From: Lama glama
Taxonomy: Eukaryota
Length of the DNA: 64,000 nucleotides
Assembly (NCBI GenBank): GCA_028534125.1
Contig: CM052818.1
Coordinates: 23,128,001-23,192,000 of the forward strand
Direction: 5' to 3'
Both the position numbers and the translations under genes were made by a program. How positions within the stretch are numbered: the first letter of the stretch is position 1; every line of letters begins with the position of its first letter. The notes below the pieces were generated by a model that worked only from the letters and a program-made list of their open reading frames with translations, had not been told where the DNA came from and searched no databases. This document shows, in pieces, positions 11,551 to 25,239 of the stretch.

Positions 11551-14500
11551 GGTCATTATTTCAAAATAAGAAACACACAAACTCGTTTTAAAAATGTTTC
11601 ATAATGAAGATTTATTTCCCTTCCCCTTAAAAGAAAAAAAAAAAAAGACCTAAACTCACTTTTGAAAAATTCTAATCTGTTGCAGATGAACTCAGGAGAA
11701 AAGGATTTTACTCATGCCTAGGCTGAGTGGCACAGCCAGGGTGGGAGTCAGGGAGACCCAGGGGCCGGGAGTCAGTAAGCCCACCGTAAGCTGCTCTTCC
11801 TCGCCCCCAGAGGGTCTTTCATGAGCTCTATTATTGCATGACCATCACTTGGATGCTCTTTCTCCGAGGTGGCCAGTTTCATAGTCTCCAGGTGGCTCAT
11901 GGAGGGCCTGAGCTAGGTTGAAGAAATTGGATGGGGTAAGAGACATGGAGGAGATTTTAAAGTGGGATGTGGGGACTTTGGGGATATTAGAGACAGAGGT
12001 AGAAGAAGAAAGAGAAATTGAAAGAAGAGTAGCTGAAGCTCAGACAGCAAAGATGGTACAAAAACAAGGCCAGGAGGGTGCATTTTATAAACAATGCTGC
12101 AAAGAACATCTTTGTGGATTTCTTGGTGCACGTGTCCCATTATTTCTTTAGAATAAAATTTTAGAAGTTGAATGACTAGGTCAAAGGTTATGCATGTTTA
12201 ACCTTTTGACATAGATCACCAAATTGCACTGCAGTATGATTTTATCAATCTCACCTGGGCAGTGTATGAGGCACCCCTTGCCCCCACATCTTTTGCCAGT
12301 CATTTCAGAGAGGTGATGAGAATTTGAGGGAGTTTACATCACACCTTCTTCTTCTCAGTAAAATAAGAGGCAAGATCCTGGCCTGAGTTCAGAATGAGGG
12401 GCTCAGGGGTAAGACTGGGGCTCGAGGAGAGTGGTGCAGGTGTGGAGAATCAGGGTGAAAAGCCTCAGAGCAACGGCCCTAGTGAAAATTAAGCCGCGAT
12501 TGGGAACAGGTGAAACCCAATGACTATTTATCATGTTGTGTTTTCCTTAATTGCTTGCTCTTTAGGACTGACTCCTTGCTCTGGAGCTGCTTTAATAAGG
12601 AATCCTGGTTTTAATTTTAAAAAGAGAATTAGGTAGACATTTCAATTTAACTATACAAACATTAGTTTAGTGCCTATTCTGTGCCAGTTACTGAGGATGT
12701 GAAAATGAGTAAGACTGGGGCCCTGATCCCAAAGCATTTTAGTCCAATAACAGAGAGAGACCTGGTTGTAAATTGCATTGCAGTGTGACAGTGGAATGAT
12801 GGGAAGATGAGCAGGTTATGGACCTAAGATGGAGGAAGGAGTAACTGCTCTGTGAGGGTGAGCTGCGCTGTAAGGGAGGGCTTTGAGGGAGGCTGAGTCT
12901 GAGTCCTGGTGATAAGGGTGGGTAGAGGAAGTTCTATCAGTAAGATTAGGCAGGAAAAGCCTTCCTTAGATGCCTGCCGCCTGGCATGCCCTCAGGCTGC
13001 TCAGCCTGTGTGGTAACCAGGGCAGTTTTCATCCTCTTCCAGCTCGTGGGTAGTGAGGGCGGTTGTGAGCTGCCTCTCAGGAGGCGTGTATCTGATGGTG
13101 ATGGCAGAGGGTGTTGAGGGCCCAGCTTCCTTTTCTTGAGGATTCAGTGTCCTAGGATATTGCGGGACTGAGGGGGCAGTCACTTGGATGGGGAGAGAGC
13201 TGAGTATGGCCCCCTGCTGTCTGGTGTGGAAAGAAGGGCCACTGGGGGACCATCAGGAAAGTCAGCCCGGGGTCCCTGGGCACTGGTGCTGCTCCCTTGG
13301 TGCTGGCTGGTGCCCAGAGTTGTGGGGGCAGCCGTGTCCCTCACAGGGGCCCTCTGCTGGTGAGTCCTTCATCCCATCTGCATGGTCCTTGCAGGTCAGG
13401 CCCACCCCCACTCAGCTTCTCTGTTCTCATCACCTTCCCTCCTTCTCCCCTCACCATTTCAGAGGAATCTTCACTCTTTATTTGGGGGCGGGCGTGTAGA
13501 GGAAGGGTGGAGAGAAACCCTGCTCTCACTCAAGATGTTTCTCCTAAACATTTTAACCTTGCTGAGACATCAAAGCTTGGATTTTCCTTTTTCTCCCTTT
13601 CACGTCCTTCCCTGGAGGCAGAGAGCATAGAGCCTGGTTGCTTGAAATGAGTTGGGGTGGGTGGCGGTGGGGCTTGGGAGGGCAGAAGGGAGCTCCTGGG
13701 AGCACAGAAGTTGGTCATTATGTCCAGAATGTCTCCTGCTGCGTTAGAGTTGTTGGCTTTGAGACCGGGACCCACCTGGTAGCCACGTGTGCTGCTTGCA
13801 GGTAATGCAGGGGATGAGAACTGCTTGGGGACCCAGCTTGCAACCAGGATCTCTAAAGTAGCGTTTTATGTTCACAAGGTGAAAATGAGGAGAAGGAGCG
13901 GGGTGTGCAGATCACAGCCCGGGCACTACTGCGTGCTTTTGTTTTCCAGAGGACAGTAGGGGCAGTTGGGTGTACGTGGGAGGTGTGGGCTTGGGGCCCC
14001 CTCATGTTTACTTATCCCAACGTCAGTGCCTTGTGTGTCTGGTTACTTGGTTTTGCCTGCACTGTCTGCCCACTTCAGGGAGGGGTGAATTTTAGGAGTG
14101 TTGGTGATACATAAAAAGCAGGCACATGTGGTTAGGAGAATCACAAGGAGGGGGTGTTGTGGTAGCCTGGATCTCAGATCCCTCTTTGTCCTGTTGACAT
14201 GGAGGGACTCCCATCCTTGGCCAAACCGCACCTTTTCTCAGCCTCAGGCTGCATGTTGACTTGACATCCTCCTCTAGCCGCTGCCCGTGTCTGGGGCTTC
14301 AGGGGAGAGGAGTGTGGGACCAGCAACTGGGAGAGGAACTCACAGGGCACAAGAGGACTTCCTGGAGGCTGGGGGTGAGGAGGGAGAGAATAAGGGCTGC
14401 GAAAAGCCACTGAGCAGAGAGGAGGGCTGATGAAAAAGACCAAGTCTGATCATCTTTTATCTTCGGAGCTTTTCATCTGAAGTGTGGCATTTAATCAGAT

Positions 14501-15029
14501 GTTTAAAGATCCTGGAGAAACAAATGAACAAACACAGGAGCAGAGAACAGAACCCAGGGGCAGGTGCAGCGTCTGTATTATTATTGCAGGGAAGACAGGA
14601 CTGGGAACTGGCTGTGAGACTGGTTGTTGGAGCCCTGTTAGGCTGTCATGGGCAAACGGGTCCTGGGAGAGAACTGCTTTCCGTTTCCTGAGATGGGAAG
14701 GGTCAGACCGGGCTGGGAGGAAGGGGTCACGAATCTCTGGAGACAGCAGGATCCACGTCCTCATCTGCCAGGGAGATTTCAGGTTGAAAACAGATGGCAA
14801 ATATCTCATCACAAAAGACATCTGCCAGGGGGAGGGCACGTCCTGGGTCAGGGGGTCCACATGTCTGGCGCCAACACGTGCCACTAGTGGGTGAATGGTG
14901 GTCAGCCTTTCTTGGGCTCCTACTGTGTGCTCAGCCAGTACTGTCGTGACAACCCAGGCCTGTCACGTCGTATTCCAAGTGAAAGCCACTCCTTAGAGCA
15001 CACCCTAGTCATCTGTGGATTCACCTCAA

Positions 15030-15482
15030 GACTTGGCAGTTTAAGGCAACAATTTATGACTATTTTTCACAGTTCTGTGGGCTGACCAGGCTCAGCTGGG
15101 TGGTTCTCGCTTGGTGAGGTTTCTCATATGCTTTCAGTCTGATGTCTCAGCGACTGCAGTCGTAGGAGGGCTGGCTCACTCACGTGACTGCCCGTTGACC
15201 CTGGCTGTCTGCTTGGGGCTCAGCTGGGGGCTGTTGCCTTATACGTGGTTTCTCCACGTGACTGGCTGGATCCTGAGAGCAATGCTTCAAGAAAGTCAGG
15301 AAGAGCTCGCAAGCTTTCTTATGACCTAGCCGTGGAGGTATGAGTGTCCTTTCCAGTGCATCCTATTGGTCAAGCTCATTCAAGGGAAGGGACTTACACT
15401 CCACCTCATGATGTCGGAGCAGGATGCGGGCAGAGGCAGATGAGGAATTGATGGTGGTGTCTTTGAAGACCAGCTACCACTC
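15030..15482. mobile_element. MaLR (MLT1-type) LTR
   Basis: ttcacagttctgtgggctgacc.ggctcagctgggtggttct...ttatgacctagcc...cctattggtcaag..attcaaggg..ggga...actccacctc. Confidence 0.8.
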
Positions 15483-15496
15483 GTACTACTGAGGAC

Positions 15497-15631
15497 CAGG
15501 GCATGCTCAGAAGGGTTCCATGCTTGGTTCAATGCTTTGTTGCCATCACCTTGAATTTTTAAGTCATTTTAACTAGGGTCCCCGTATTTTCATTTTGCCC
15601 TGGGCCTTTGAAAATTAGGCAGCTGTTCCTG
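15497..15631. mobile_element. MER91-like hAT fragment
   Basis: atgcttggttcaatgctttgttgcc..ccttgaattttt...ttttcattttgccctgggcc. Confidence 0.65.
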
Positions 15632-16689
15632 TACAGCATCTGTTGTGAAGGATTTGTGCAGCATAGTAAGGGGCGGGCAATTCCTGGACTCCATGCTGTG
15701 CAGTTGGAACTCCTGCCTATGGAGAACTTGCAGACTAACTGAGGACACAAGAAACACAGAAAGGCTCAAACTAGCAAGTGACTGAGCAGAAGTTAGGCTG
15801 TGATCGCCTAAGGAGGGCCAAGGTGGGGCAGGGAGGGTTTTGCATGTTGTCTTGGGCTCATGTTCAGATTTGAAACCCATGCTGGGTGAAACCTTCCTTC
15901 TCTGGGGCCAGTAAAGCTTCTAGGAATCTTAGAAATGTCCCTTTTCTCTCCCTACTCTGCCTCCTCCCTCACCCTTATTCCCAGGACCCTTGTGCTGAAG
16001 GCCTTCCAGGGAGGGGCTTCCTTATCAGGACTGGCTCCTGGGCCAGGGGTAGGAGGGAGAGGGGGATGTGGAGGCACAGGCACCAAATGCCCTGCCCAGG
16101 CTGAAGGTCTTGTGTGAGTCACTGGAAGAGGCCTGCAGGAAACTGGGCCAAGGTGGTCTGGGTTTGGGAAAGGGGATGAGGGATGGGAGAAGAGGGCGCT
16201 CTGGTCTTCTCTAAGGAGTGCGAGGGCGCCAGTGCTCTGGACAATCCCCCCTCCTAGTCCCCAGCCAGACCCCGCACTATTCCCGCAGGCACGTGCTCTT
16301 TTCCACGTAGGAAAGGGCCCAAAGGGCCCTGGACCAGCCCAGCCCCTAACTAGGGCCTGAAGCCAGGCGGCCTCTGAGGGAGGCACCCCTTCTTTACAAA
16401 CAAGGCTCAGTTTCCTTCAGGGGTCTCTTGTGCTGTGACAAATGTGCAGAATAACCTTCTGATTGTGCACGCTGACTGTGCATCAAGGCAGCCGAACCAT
16501 TCCATCTTTGAGAGGCCGAGAGGACTGAGGAGGATGTTGCTTCCTGGGGAGCTGGTTCTAACATTTCTCTGAAACAGAGACGCTTGCCACAGGTCCATCC
16601 AAGGCCTGGTGCGGCATCATTCTTGGCCGGTGCTGGTCAGTTTCCTATTGGCTGTCAGACTGGTTCCTTGACCTTCGTGGGCCGCTCTG

Positions 16690-17065
16690 CAGGGACTACG
16701 TTTCCCAGTCTCTTTGCCCTTTGGCTTCCAGGTAAGCTCACCCAGTGGGGGGGGCCTGGCAGCAGGTTAGAAGGTGGTAGGAGGGAGGATGTTGGGGTAT
16801 TTCTCTCTCCTTCCTAAGGTGTCTTGGGCAGAATCTGGGCTTCTTTATGGCTCTAGCTCACATCGGACGACCCCTCTCTCTGTGGTTGCAATTTCCCACT
16901 GGATGGCCCTGGCTTTGGGCTCTAGTGACCCCACTTTCTTTCTTTCCTGTCTCCCTCCATCCCTGCGGTTGCTCACATCTGGATTGGTTTAGCATCCCCG
17001 TGGGGCTTCTTAGCTCTTCCATCGCCTGTGTAACCTCTTCTCTCTATCAGATTTCCTCTGACTGA
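16690..17065. mobile_element. ERVL LTR remnant (LTR33/LTR41-like)
   Basis: ttgccctttggcttccagg...ggcagcaggttagaagg.ggtaggagggagg..gttggggtattt. Confidence 0.55.
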
Positions 17066-17730
17066 CATCACTGGTCATCTGCCTTTCATGTACCCAGGAA
17101 GCCCTGGAGGTGGGAAAGGTCCTGTGACCCTGGCTCCAGATGGAGTCTGCGGGGCTCAGTTCCAGATGGATCCAAATGTTCTGCACACCAGTGACTATGT
17201 TCGAAAGCTGAGAGCGAACCGAGAGGGCAGCAAGCCCGCTCCCACCAAGTCCAGGTCTCTAGCTTCTCAGACCACCTTGCTGAGGAGGAGGAAGAGGCCC
17301 AGCCAGGGCAGGTAAGGGACAGTGTGGCTGATGTGCCCTGAGGCTGGGGGCCTGGTGCTGTCGTGACTGCTTTCTGTCCTCATGAAGTCCCCCGATGTGG
17401 GCCCACTCTCATTGCTTGTGCCCTTACACTCTGGAGGCCAGTGATTAAGAAGATGTGTGTGGATTGAGAAGCAGTATAAATATGTGTGTGTATATAAGAC
17501 TTAGGGGCTCATGCGGATGCACAAGTGTGGGACTTAACGCCCTACATGGATGAGTGTGGGTTAGGTTTCCATGTCTGCAAGGATGTGGGTCTAACACAGA
17601 TGAACCTGGTCCTGGCTCCCAAGGTCACTTAGTCTCCAAGACAAAGTCTTCAGTGTCATTGGCAAGACCTGGGTCTGGAGCAGAGCTCATGGAGGAGTTT
17701 TTAGCTGAGCCTAAAAAAGAGACAGGTGAG

Positions 17731-17977
17731 GGGAAAGAGGTGGGGAGGGATAAATTAGGGGTTTGGGATTTGCAGATACTAACTACTAGATATAAAGTAG
17801 ATAAACAATGAGGTCCTCCTGTATAGCACAGGGAGCTATATTCAATAGCTTTTAATAACCTATAATGAAAAAGAATATGAAGAAGAATATATATATGTAT
17901 AACTGAATCACTATGCTGTACACCAGAAATTTACACAACAGTGTAAATCAACTATACTTCAGTTAAAAAGAAAAAGG
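17731..17977 (+). mobile_element. 5'-truncated L1 3' end with 13-bp target-site duplication
   Basis: gggataaattaggg...ctgtatagcacagggagctatattcaa...aatcaactatacttc plus A tail; TSD agagacaggtgag at 17718-17730 and 17978-17990. Confidence 0.92.
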
Positions 17978-19072
17978 AGAGACAGGTGAGAATCCAAGTC
18001 AGGGGCTGAGGGGACCCTCATCGTTCTTCCTTAATCGAGGTCCACCCCGCTCTTCACCACCCCAGCGTGCTCCTTCCTCTGGGACACAGAGCAGGAGCCT
18101 AGTGACCAGTCACTTGCCAGGTGACTGTCAGGGGAGCTGTTAGACCTTGATTGGACTTTTCGTTAAAAAAAAGTTGATCCTACCTATTTTGCTTCTTTAC
18201 CAGCAAGCAGGATCTGGAGGAGAAAAGTAGCCAAAAGGGCAAGAAACAGGAAAACTGGAGTAAGCGCTGGGGAGTGTGCGCGCGCGCGAGCGGGCGGGCA
18301 GAGTTGCCCACAGTGACCCCCAGCCCCCTCTCCTGCATTGTGGGGACATCTCAGTCTCAGGCCTGCCCCTATTGCCCTCGCGATTAGCCGGCTTGGACCA
18401 GGGATCAGGGGTCAGGCTGGACCGTGTCCGGCCCTCCCCACAGTCAGCCCAGGCAGGACTTCTGTCCTGGAGGTTGGGTTCAAGGGCGCGTTCTGACAGT
18501 GCGCCTTCTCCCTGTGTCCCGGGCCTGCAGCCTCGTCTTGGTTACCTGTCTGTCGTTCTAGTCCTGGGGCTCTGCTTTGCTGTCTCTGGCCTCTCCCCAC
18601 CAGATCTAGCCTTTGTGGGGCTGGGATCTGCTGACAGAGTTTCCTGATGCTGCCTGCCTGCTGGGATACCCTCTGGAATTACCCACTGCTGTGGCCCACC
18701 TGCTGGTAGGGACACCCTGTTACCACGCACTGGGAGACCCGCCGCTCGCCTCCCCGGCTGCCGGCTGCTGCTGAGCGGCCACCTGTTGTCTGTTTCCACA
18801 CCCTTGCACGCTGCGTTCTGCCTGTCACCCTGGACGGCTGCCCAGCAGCTGCAGCCGAGGCCGTCCTGCCAGCACCTTCCCCAGCCCAATGGGTGGTCCT
18901 GTCCGGCCTCGACCCTCCCAGCCCAGCTCGCCACATCTGCCCTGTGTGCAGACCCACACCTGGCTGAATACAGAGCTGGATGGGCGCTGGCACACTGACA
19001 CCCAGGGAGATGGCCATTTTCCCTCAGGACCTCTTGGAGAGAATCAGGCCTGGAACCCACAGTAGAAGGCAA

Positions 19073-19335
19073 TAATAACCATAGTTAATGTTTACTGAGG
19101 GCTTGTGATGTGCCAGGCACAATGATTTACTAATGTATTACTCCTGTGTATACTCACAATGACCCTAGAAGGTAAGTACTATTATATCTGCTTTTCACAG
19201 ATGAAGAAACCAACACTAAATGATGTAAGTGAATCCATATAAGGTTCCATAGGGAGATATTAATGGGGATAGGATTCAGAACCAGGGGGCTTGACTTCAG
19301 AGATCAAGTTCATAACCACTAGACCAGAGTGCCTC
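19073..19335. mobile_element. MIR SINE
   Basis: tttactgagggcttg..atgtgccaggcac...tactattatatctgcttttcacagatgaagaaac. Confidence 0.85.
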
Positions 19336-22300
19336 CTTAGTGACTTGTGAACTCCATCCAAAGGTCCCAGCGACATTCTCCGTTGTCTCCATTGACCTCT
19401 TCCTGGTCTGGGATCCATAGGCCCAAAGGGAATGGGTACAGGTTAAGGCCACAGTCTCAGTTAAGCCTTTGGGTACTTCCTGCTCCTTTTTGAGAAGAAC
19501 GCTGGAGTATCTTCACTCCTGGTCACTTTCAGGAGTGGGCCACCAGAGGCACACCTCCCCCAGTCCTCCCTATGTGTCCCTGGGCCTCCCTTCTTCTCTC
19601 GTGTCTCCTCTCTTGGGCTCCTTCAAGTTTTCAGGGGGTTACCTGCTGGTAACGCTGTTAAACAAAGCTGGAAAATGGAATATGTGTGTGTACAAATTGT
19701 TCACTGATGGCTCTGCCTTCTTGGAAGTGTCAGAGACGCTATGAGAACCAGCAGGAAAGGAAAGCGGGCCCTCGGGGTGGCAAGATTCTTTGAGGACAAA
19801 GTAGAGGGGCTTCCTGGAGGAGGCAGTGGTGAAGATCATCTTGGCTTTAGCCCTGCCCAGGAGTGGCTACAGGTGAGGGAAAGGAGGGATGAGCACCCAG
19901 TGGGGAATGCTTCAGTTTCCAACTGAATAACTACATCCTGTGTGGTTTTTCAGGGGATGGAGATGGTGGAAGATTAGGCTGGAGGAGGCCGGATACAGGT
20001 ATGAGCTGGGTAAGTTCGCAGTTTTATACTGAGACAACACTTTGTGATTTCTGCTTCCCATTTATTCTTGGAAAAACAGGTTCTTGAGAAAGTTATCAGG
20101 GCAGTCTCCTCTTCTCCTACCAGCTCTCAATCATTGCTGAGTTTGGGATAAATGGCTCAGACATGGTGGGGTACAGTTCCTAGGAATTCTAAGAAAATCC
20201 AGTCTGTGGACCTTAGCCTATTCAGTCATACTCTGACTTGTATGATGCCACATCATAAGTCCTCCAGTAAATATACGTGGCTCACCCATGGGCTTCTTCT
20301 CTGCAAGCCTCCTCCAGCCTGTGTCGGGTGGGCTGGGAGCTGCTGCTCCGCCCTCCCAGGTCCATTTCTGTTTGGGAGTTTGGGCTGGTTATGAGCTTCT
20401 GCTTTTCCATCCAGCTTTCTGGGCACCGGGAAGAAAAGAGAAAAAGAGAAGATACTTTTAGCCTTTAGGCTGTTAGAACCCAGGAAGGCAGAGGGAAAAG
20501 GAAGATGGACTGGACCGAAGAGAAGGCCACCTCTCCTTGTCCAGCAGTGGAGGAAATGGTGGCAAAGTCACGTGAGATCAGGGACTTTCCTTCAAAGGGT
20601 ATGGACTGGAGGTGATTGCCTGCCATGTCTCTGGAAGACTCTGGACCCTGCTGGGAAGAAGCAGTATTTGCGCTGGCTGCTGCCATCAGCCTCAGCTTCC
20701 CTTAGGAGCCCAAGGGCCCGCAAATCCTGCTGGGCTCTGCAGGCCACAGGGTTGTAGGTGCAAAATGGATCAGGCTTTGTGGGGTTCCCAGGGTCGTCTT
20801 GGGGTTCTACCATGACCATAATGGCCAAAATTGCCATTTATAGACAATCTAAATCATTCAAGAGGGAGGTCTGCCTTTTGGTCTCATCAAGGAAGGTGCC
20901 GTTTCAAAAGGGAGCCGAGATGAGGAGGGGACTCTGAGGTGAGCGCCGGGAGGGCTGGTGGAGCCCAGGCACGCCCTCCGTGTACACACGTGCGCCGCAC
21001 ATGCCGGGCCATGTGTGCTGCCGCCGGGGCTCTGCAGCCTGCAGGGCCGTCCATGCTTGGAGTAGCCTGGATCTGCTGACTTGGCAAGATGGAGTGGGGG
21101 CTGGGCCACATCTGGAGGGGAGAGGGAAGGAGCCCCCAGTGACTGGGCTGTGGAGGGGCTTGCCGGCTCCTCCCACAGCTCCCCCTCCCTCCCCCACCAA
21201 CCACAAGAGCAGTGTAATTCTCCTCACGTTAAAAGTAAACATCTGGCCGCATCTGCAGTGCCCAAATAAACCAAGAACTAATAGGAGGCGTTTGTAACCA
21301 CAACAGGTCCTGGATGGGGAAGGAAGGAGAAGTTTGCTGTGCAGAAGCCAAACCTGGCTACTTGGGGAGCCTCAACTCATTTCTTTATTGATTGGAGGTC
21401 AATTAATTGATCAATGCACAAGTTCCTAGAAGATCTTGCTGGTGCAGCTTGCCATGGCCCCAGGGTGGCAGGGACATCACATTGACCTTGGGGGCTGGGT
21501 GGTCCGTGTAGCAGGGACTGGGAACGATGGTCAGTCCAGAAGCATCAGCTGCCCCTTGCTGCAAGTGTAGGGTCAAATATTCCAGAGAACAGTGGGAAGA
21601 TCTGTGTGGCAAAGCCAGTGGGGTCGCTGCAGGGAAGAAAGGTCATTTTCCGGAAGTGGAAGTTGCCTGGGCCCCTCCATGAGAGAGCAGAAGCAGATGG
21701 AAACATAAGAGCAGAGAGGATCCCACCATGGTCGGTCATGGTGCCAAAGGAGCTCCGGGGGATGAGAGGGAGAGGGAGACAGAGAGAGTGGAGATGGGGC
21801 AGAAGAGGGGGCAGCTGCCTGAAGCCGGCAACTACCATCAGGGCAGTGGCATTGGAAGAAACAGTGATGGACACATTGACTTCTCGAACCTGATGGACGA
21901 CAGGCTGGAAACCGAGCCCGGGCCCGGCTGGCACCATCTGACCACTGTGAAGGGGCCCCCGGATGAAACTGGGAGTATTTGAACAGCATCAAATCCATTC
22001 CTCACAGCCACACGAAATGTCAGTGATAGACTGAGACACAAATTAATATTAAAAATGTTGCCAGCTTTCACGTTCTGGAAAAAGAAATGCTTCCAACTAG
22101 GAACAGACTCACAAGCCTTTGTAATTTGAGGACTAATATCCTTCATCACCCTCGTCAAAAAGCCAGAAGTGGCACAGGGCTCTCTGAGGAAGCGTGAACC
22201 GGAGAACAGGGGGCGGCTGGGTGGCCGAGTGCTCAGAAATCAGGCAGTTGGCTGCAGCTGCAGAAATGGGTTTCACACTAGAGGTCACAAACTGGCCGCC

Positions 22301-23799
22301 AGCTGGCTGAATCCAGTTCATAGACATGTTCTGTTTGGCCCACAAATGGCTCTGTTTCATTTTTCAATTTGGATCAGTGGCCAAAATGCACAAATCAGGA
22401 GAATCACAAAAAACTCCAATTCCGCTGAGATACCTATGCACTCAGGCCTAAGTTCTCCAGATGGCGTCCGGCACCACGACTCCCTTCCCTGCGGGATCCT
22501 GTAGTCTTATGTGATTTCAACTCCTGTATTAAGCCATCAAACACTTTCTATGAATCAGGGAGTTAGTGGAGCGGACCTTCCAAAAGTCCAACTTAAAGGG
22601 CGGTTACATAACAAAATGGGAGAGGGGTTTTGGTCCCACGTTAGGTAAAAAGGTCGAGCTACTACTTTAATCCATTGAAACAACGATCTAACTGAAATCA
22701 TTTTTTGTTAATCAAGCTATGTAACAAGATACAAGGTGAGTTTAGAAAATTAAAAAAAATACTAGTTAAGTTTGCCATCCTTGCAAAATTATTAGTTGTA
22801 TGTATTCCTTTCAGTCTTTTTTCATGTGCATTTTGCATAGTTGAATGCCTGGTTTTGCAGCCTCCTTTTTTCACCTAACACTCTAATTTACATGGTTTTT
22901 CGTATTGTTATATGATCCTAACTTTTTCTTATTCTAAACAATGTTGCAAGGAATACCCATGTGCATTTGAACCTTTCCATATTTTGAACTGTTTGCTGCT
23001 GGGAATAGATTTTCAGAAGGAGTATGAACGGGTTCAATAATGCCTTGCACATTAAAGAGTTAACTTGTAAATTCCTAACCCAAAAGTACCGTGTATAAAT
23101 CTCTTCATCTCAGCAAATTGTTGGAGGGGCTATAGGAAAAAAAAACGGTCACTTCAGCATGTGTGATAGGAGGGTGGGTAATTAAAAAGGAAAAACTCAG
23201 CATGTGAAGTCCATTCCAGGAATAGCACTGTCTTGAGACCCAAGTCAAATAGTACTAAATGTGCTAAGCAGAGGCCTATGTTTAAAGAAGAAACTCATTT
23301 GCTCTTAAGAACTGCAGAATGCTGCATAGTTCAATGATGGAGTCAGACAGCTCCGCATTAGCATCAAAGCCTGGTTCAGAAAGATATGGGAGGCCGAGAT
23401 ACCAGACAAACTGTCTTTCCTGATTAAAGCATCTTTGTGCCCCAAGTACAATAGTCATTTCTGAGAACAATGGTTTCCTTTAAAAACTTTTATTGACGGG
23501 AGAAAAAAAATGACTAAACAAGACCAGAGCATTCAAAGGTAATCTATATCCTATAAACAACCTAAAGAGTGGCGTAAATAAGGTGATATGTCATAAAATG
23601 AAATGTGATACAGATAACCTCCCTACTATCTCCTGTGCGAGTTCAGATGAATAACAGTGACTTCAATCTCCAATCAATGGAAAGCAGAGCATACTGTGTG
23701 TTTTATTCTATTTTGCCTCTGTGTCTTTTCCCCCAAATAAATAAGAAGATTGACTTTATGGGCGGGTGGGACAAAGTGAGAGTCCTTTCTTGAGACGAT

Positions 23800-24290
23800 C
23801 TCCGTACTGAAGACCTAAAGGGCACCAGAAGGGCTTCTGGGAAACGGCCCACAAGTTTTGTTTCCATGCCAGGCAAGTCAGCAGAACCTCTAAGGGATGG
23901 ATTATGCAGCACTTGAGAAACTCCACCTCTTATGGACAGGCAGCCTGTCTTTGGTAAGGGGAAATTGTGCCTCTCTAATCTACTAGAGCTCTTTGAAGGG
24001 CCAAATAAGTGTATGGATAAGGGCGAAACAGTAGACACACTCTATTTACACTTCCAAGAAGCCTCTGACAGGTTCCATACCCAAGCCCATTGAGTTGCCA
24101 TGGGAATGGGGGGTTGGGGGTGAATGTCTGGTGACAAAAGGGAACTGACTTACAGATAAGAAATACAGAGAAAGGATAGACAAGTCTTCCTCTGGATGAA
24201 TGGAAAGGTGTTAATGGTGGGGCTCGTGGTGGGGAATTGCTGCTCCTGGAGACCTGGGTGAACTGGTCCTTCATGATAATTTGAGATTTG
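23800..24290 (+). mobile_element. CR1/L3 LINE reverse transcriptase relic
   Basis: 23935-24078 translates DRQPVFGKGKLCLSNLLELFEGPNKCMDKGETVDTLYLHFQEASDRFH, matching the CR1 RT pattern SQHGFxKGKSCLTNLLEFFE..VDKG..VDxxYLDFxKAFDKVPH. Confidence 0.85.
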
Positions 24291-25239
24291 ACCATCAGGC
24301 TCTTTGTCTTGCAAGCCACATGTGGAAGTTGGCCTCATTGCTCTATAGTCACAGCTCATATATTGCCTTGTTGAATTTGTCCATCTTTGTGACATCTCTA
24401 GTGACATTGTGAGCTCCTAAAAGGCAGCAGGTATGTCTGATATTTTAATATTCATGACAGTGACTAGCACTCCAGAAATATCCTGTGGCTTGATCAGTGG
24501 GGAGAAGAGTAAGTATACATTGAAATTCCCCGGCTTGCCGTGGACCAAAGCCTGTAAGCTGCAGGGAGATGCAGGAGGCTTCACGTGGTCCAAGATGTCC
24601 GTTGTGGGCCAGCGTAGGTTGAATAAAACGTTAAGTGAAAAGTAATTCAAACTGCACTTTGTTTTTATCATGAACTGCACAGTGAGCACACATAAACGTA
24701 TTTATCAGTTTAGAGAAAATAACGTAAACTATACTTTTGAGGGTGACAGATTCACAGCTTTCAGTGACAGCCCAAGAAAGGGTTTTTGGATTACCCTAAT
24801 CCAGTGCCTCTAAACCTGTTTTTCATCATTGCACACCCTGCCCAGTACTCTGGTGGATACTCTTTCCCTAAATGCTACTCCTCCCATTGCATTTTAACAG
24901 CACAGTTATACTGCATGTCTGTTTATGTACTGTGGCCCTGCGGAGGCCTGCAAACCACTGTGATATCCAGGATTTTTTTCATCTCCCAAGAGTTTTATCT
25001 CCTTGGGGATGGTGGTGCCCTTGATGAGAATGGACGCTGTAGAGGACCCCCTGATGGTTTGGGCCCGATGTGTTCCTTCATTCAAACAGAGCAACAAATG
25101 GTTGGATTTCTAAGAATGGAACTGGGAGCCAAAAAGGAAAGCCTTCCCTTTCACTCCTGTCAAGTCAACTGGAAGCTCAAACATGAAGTGGGATGGAGTG
25201 CAGGGTATATCCCTCTGGCCTCTCCTGACCAGCTCTCTC

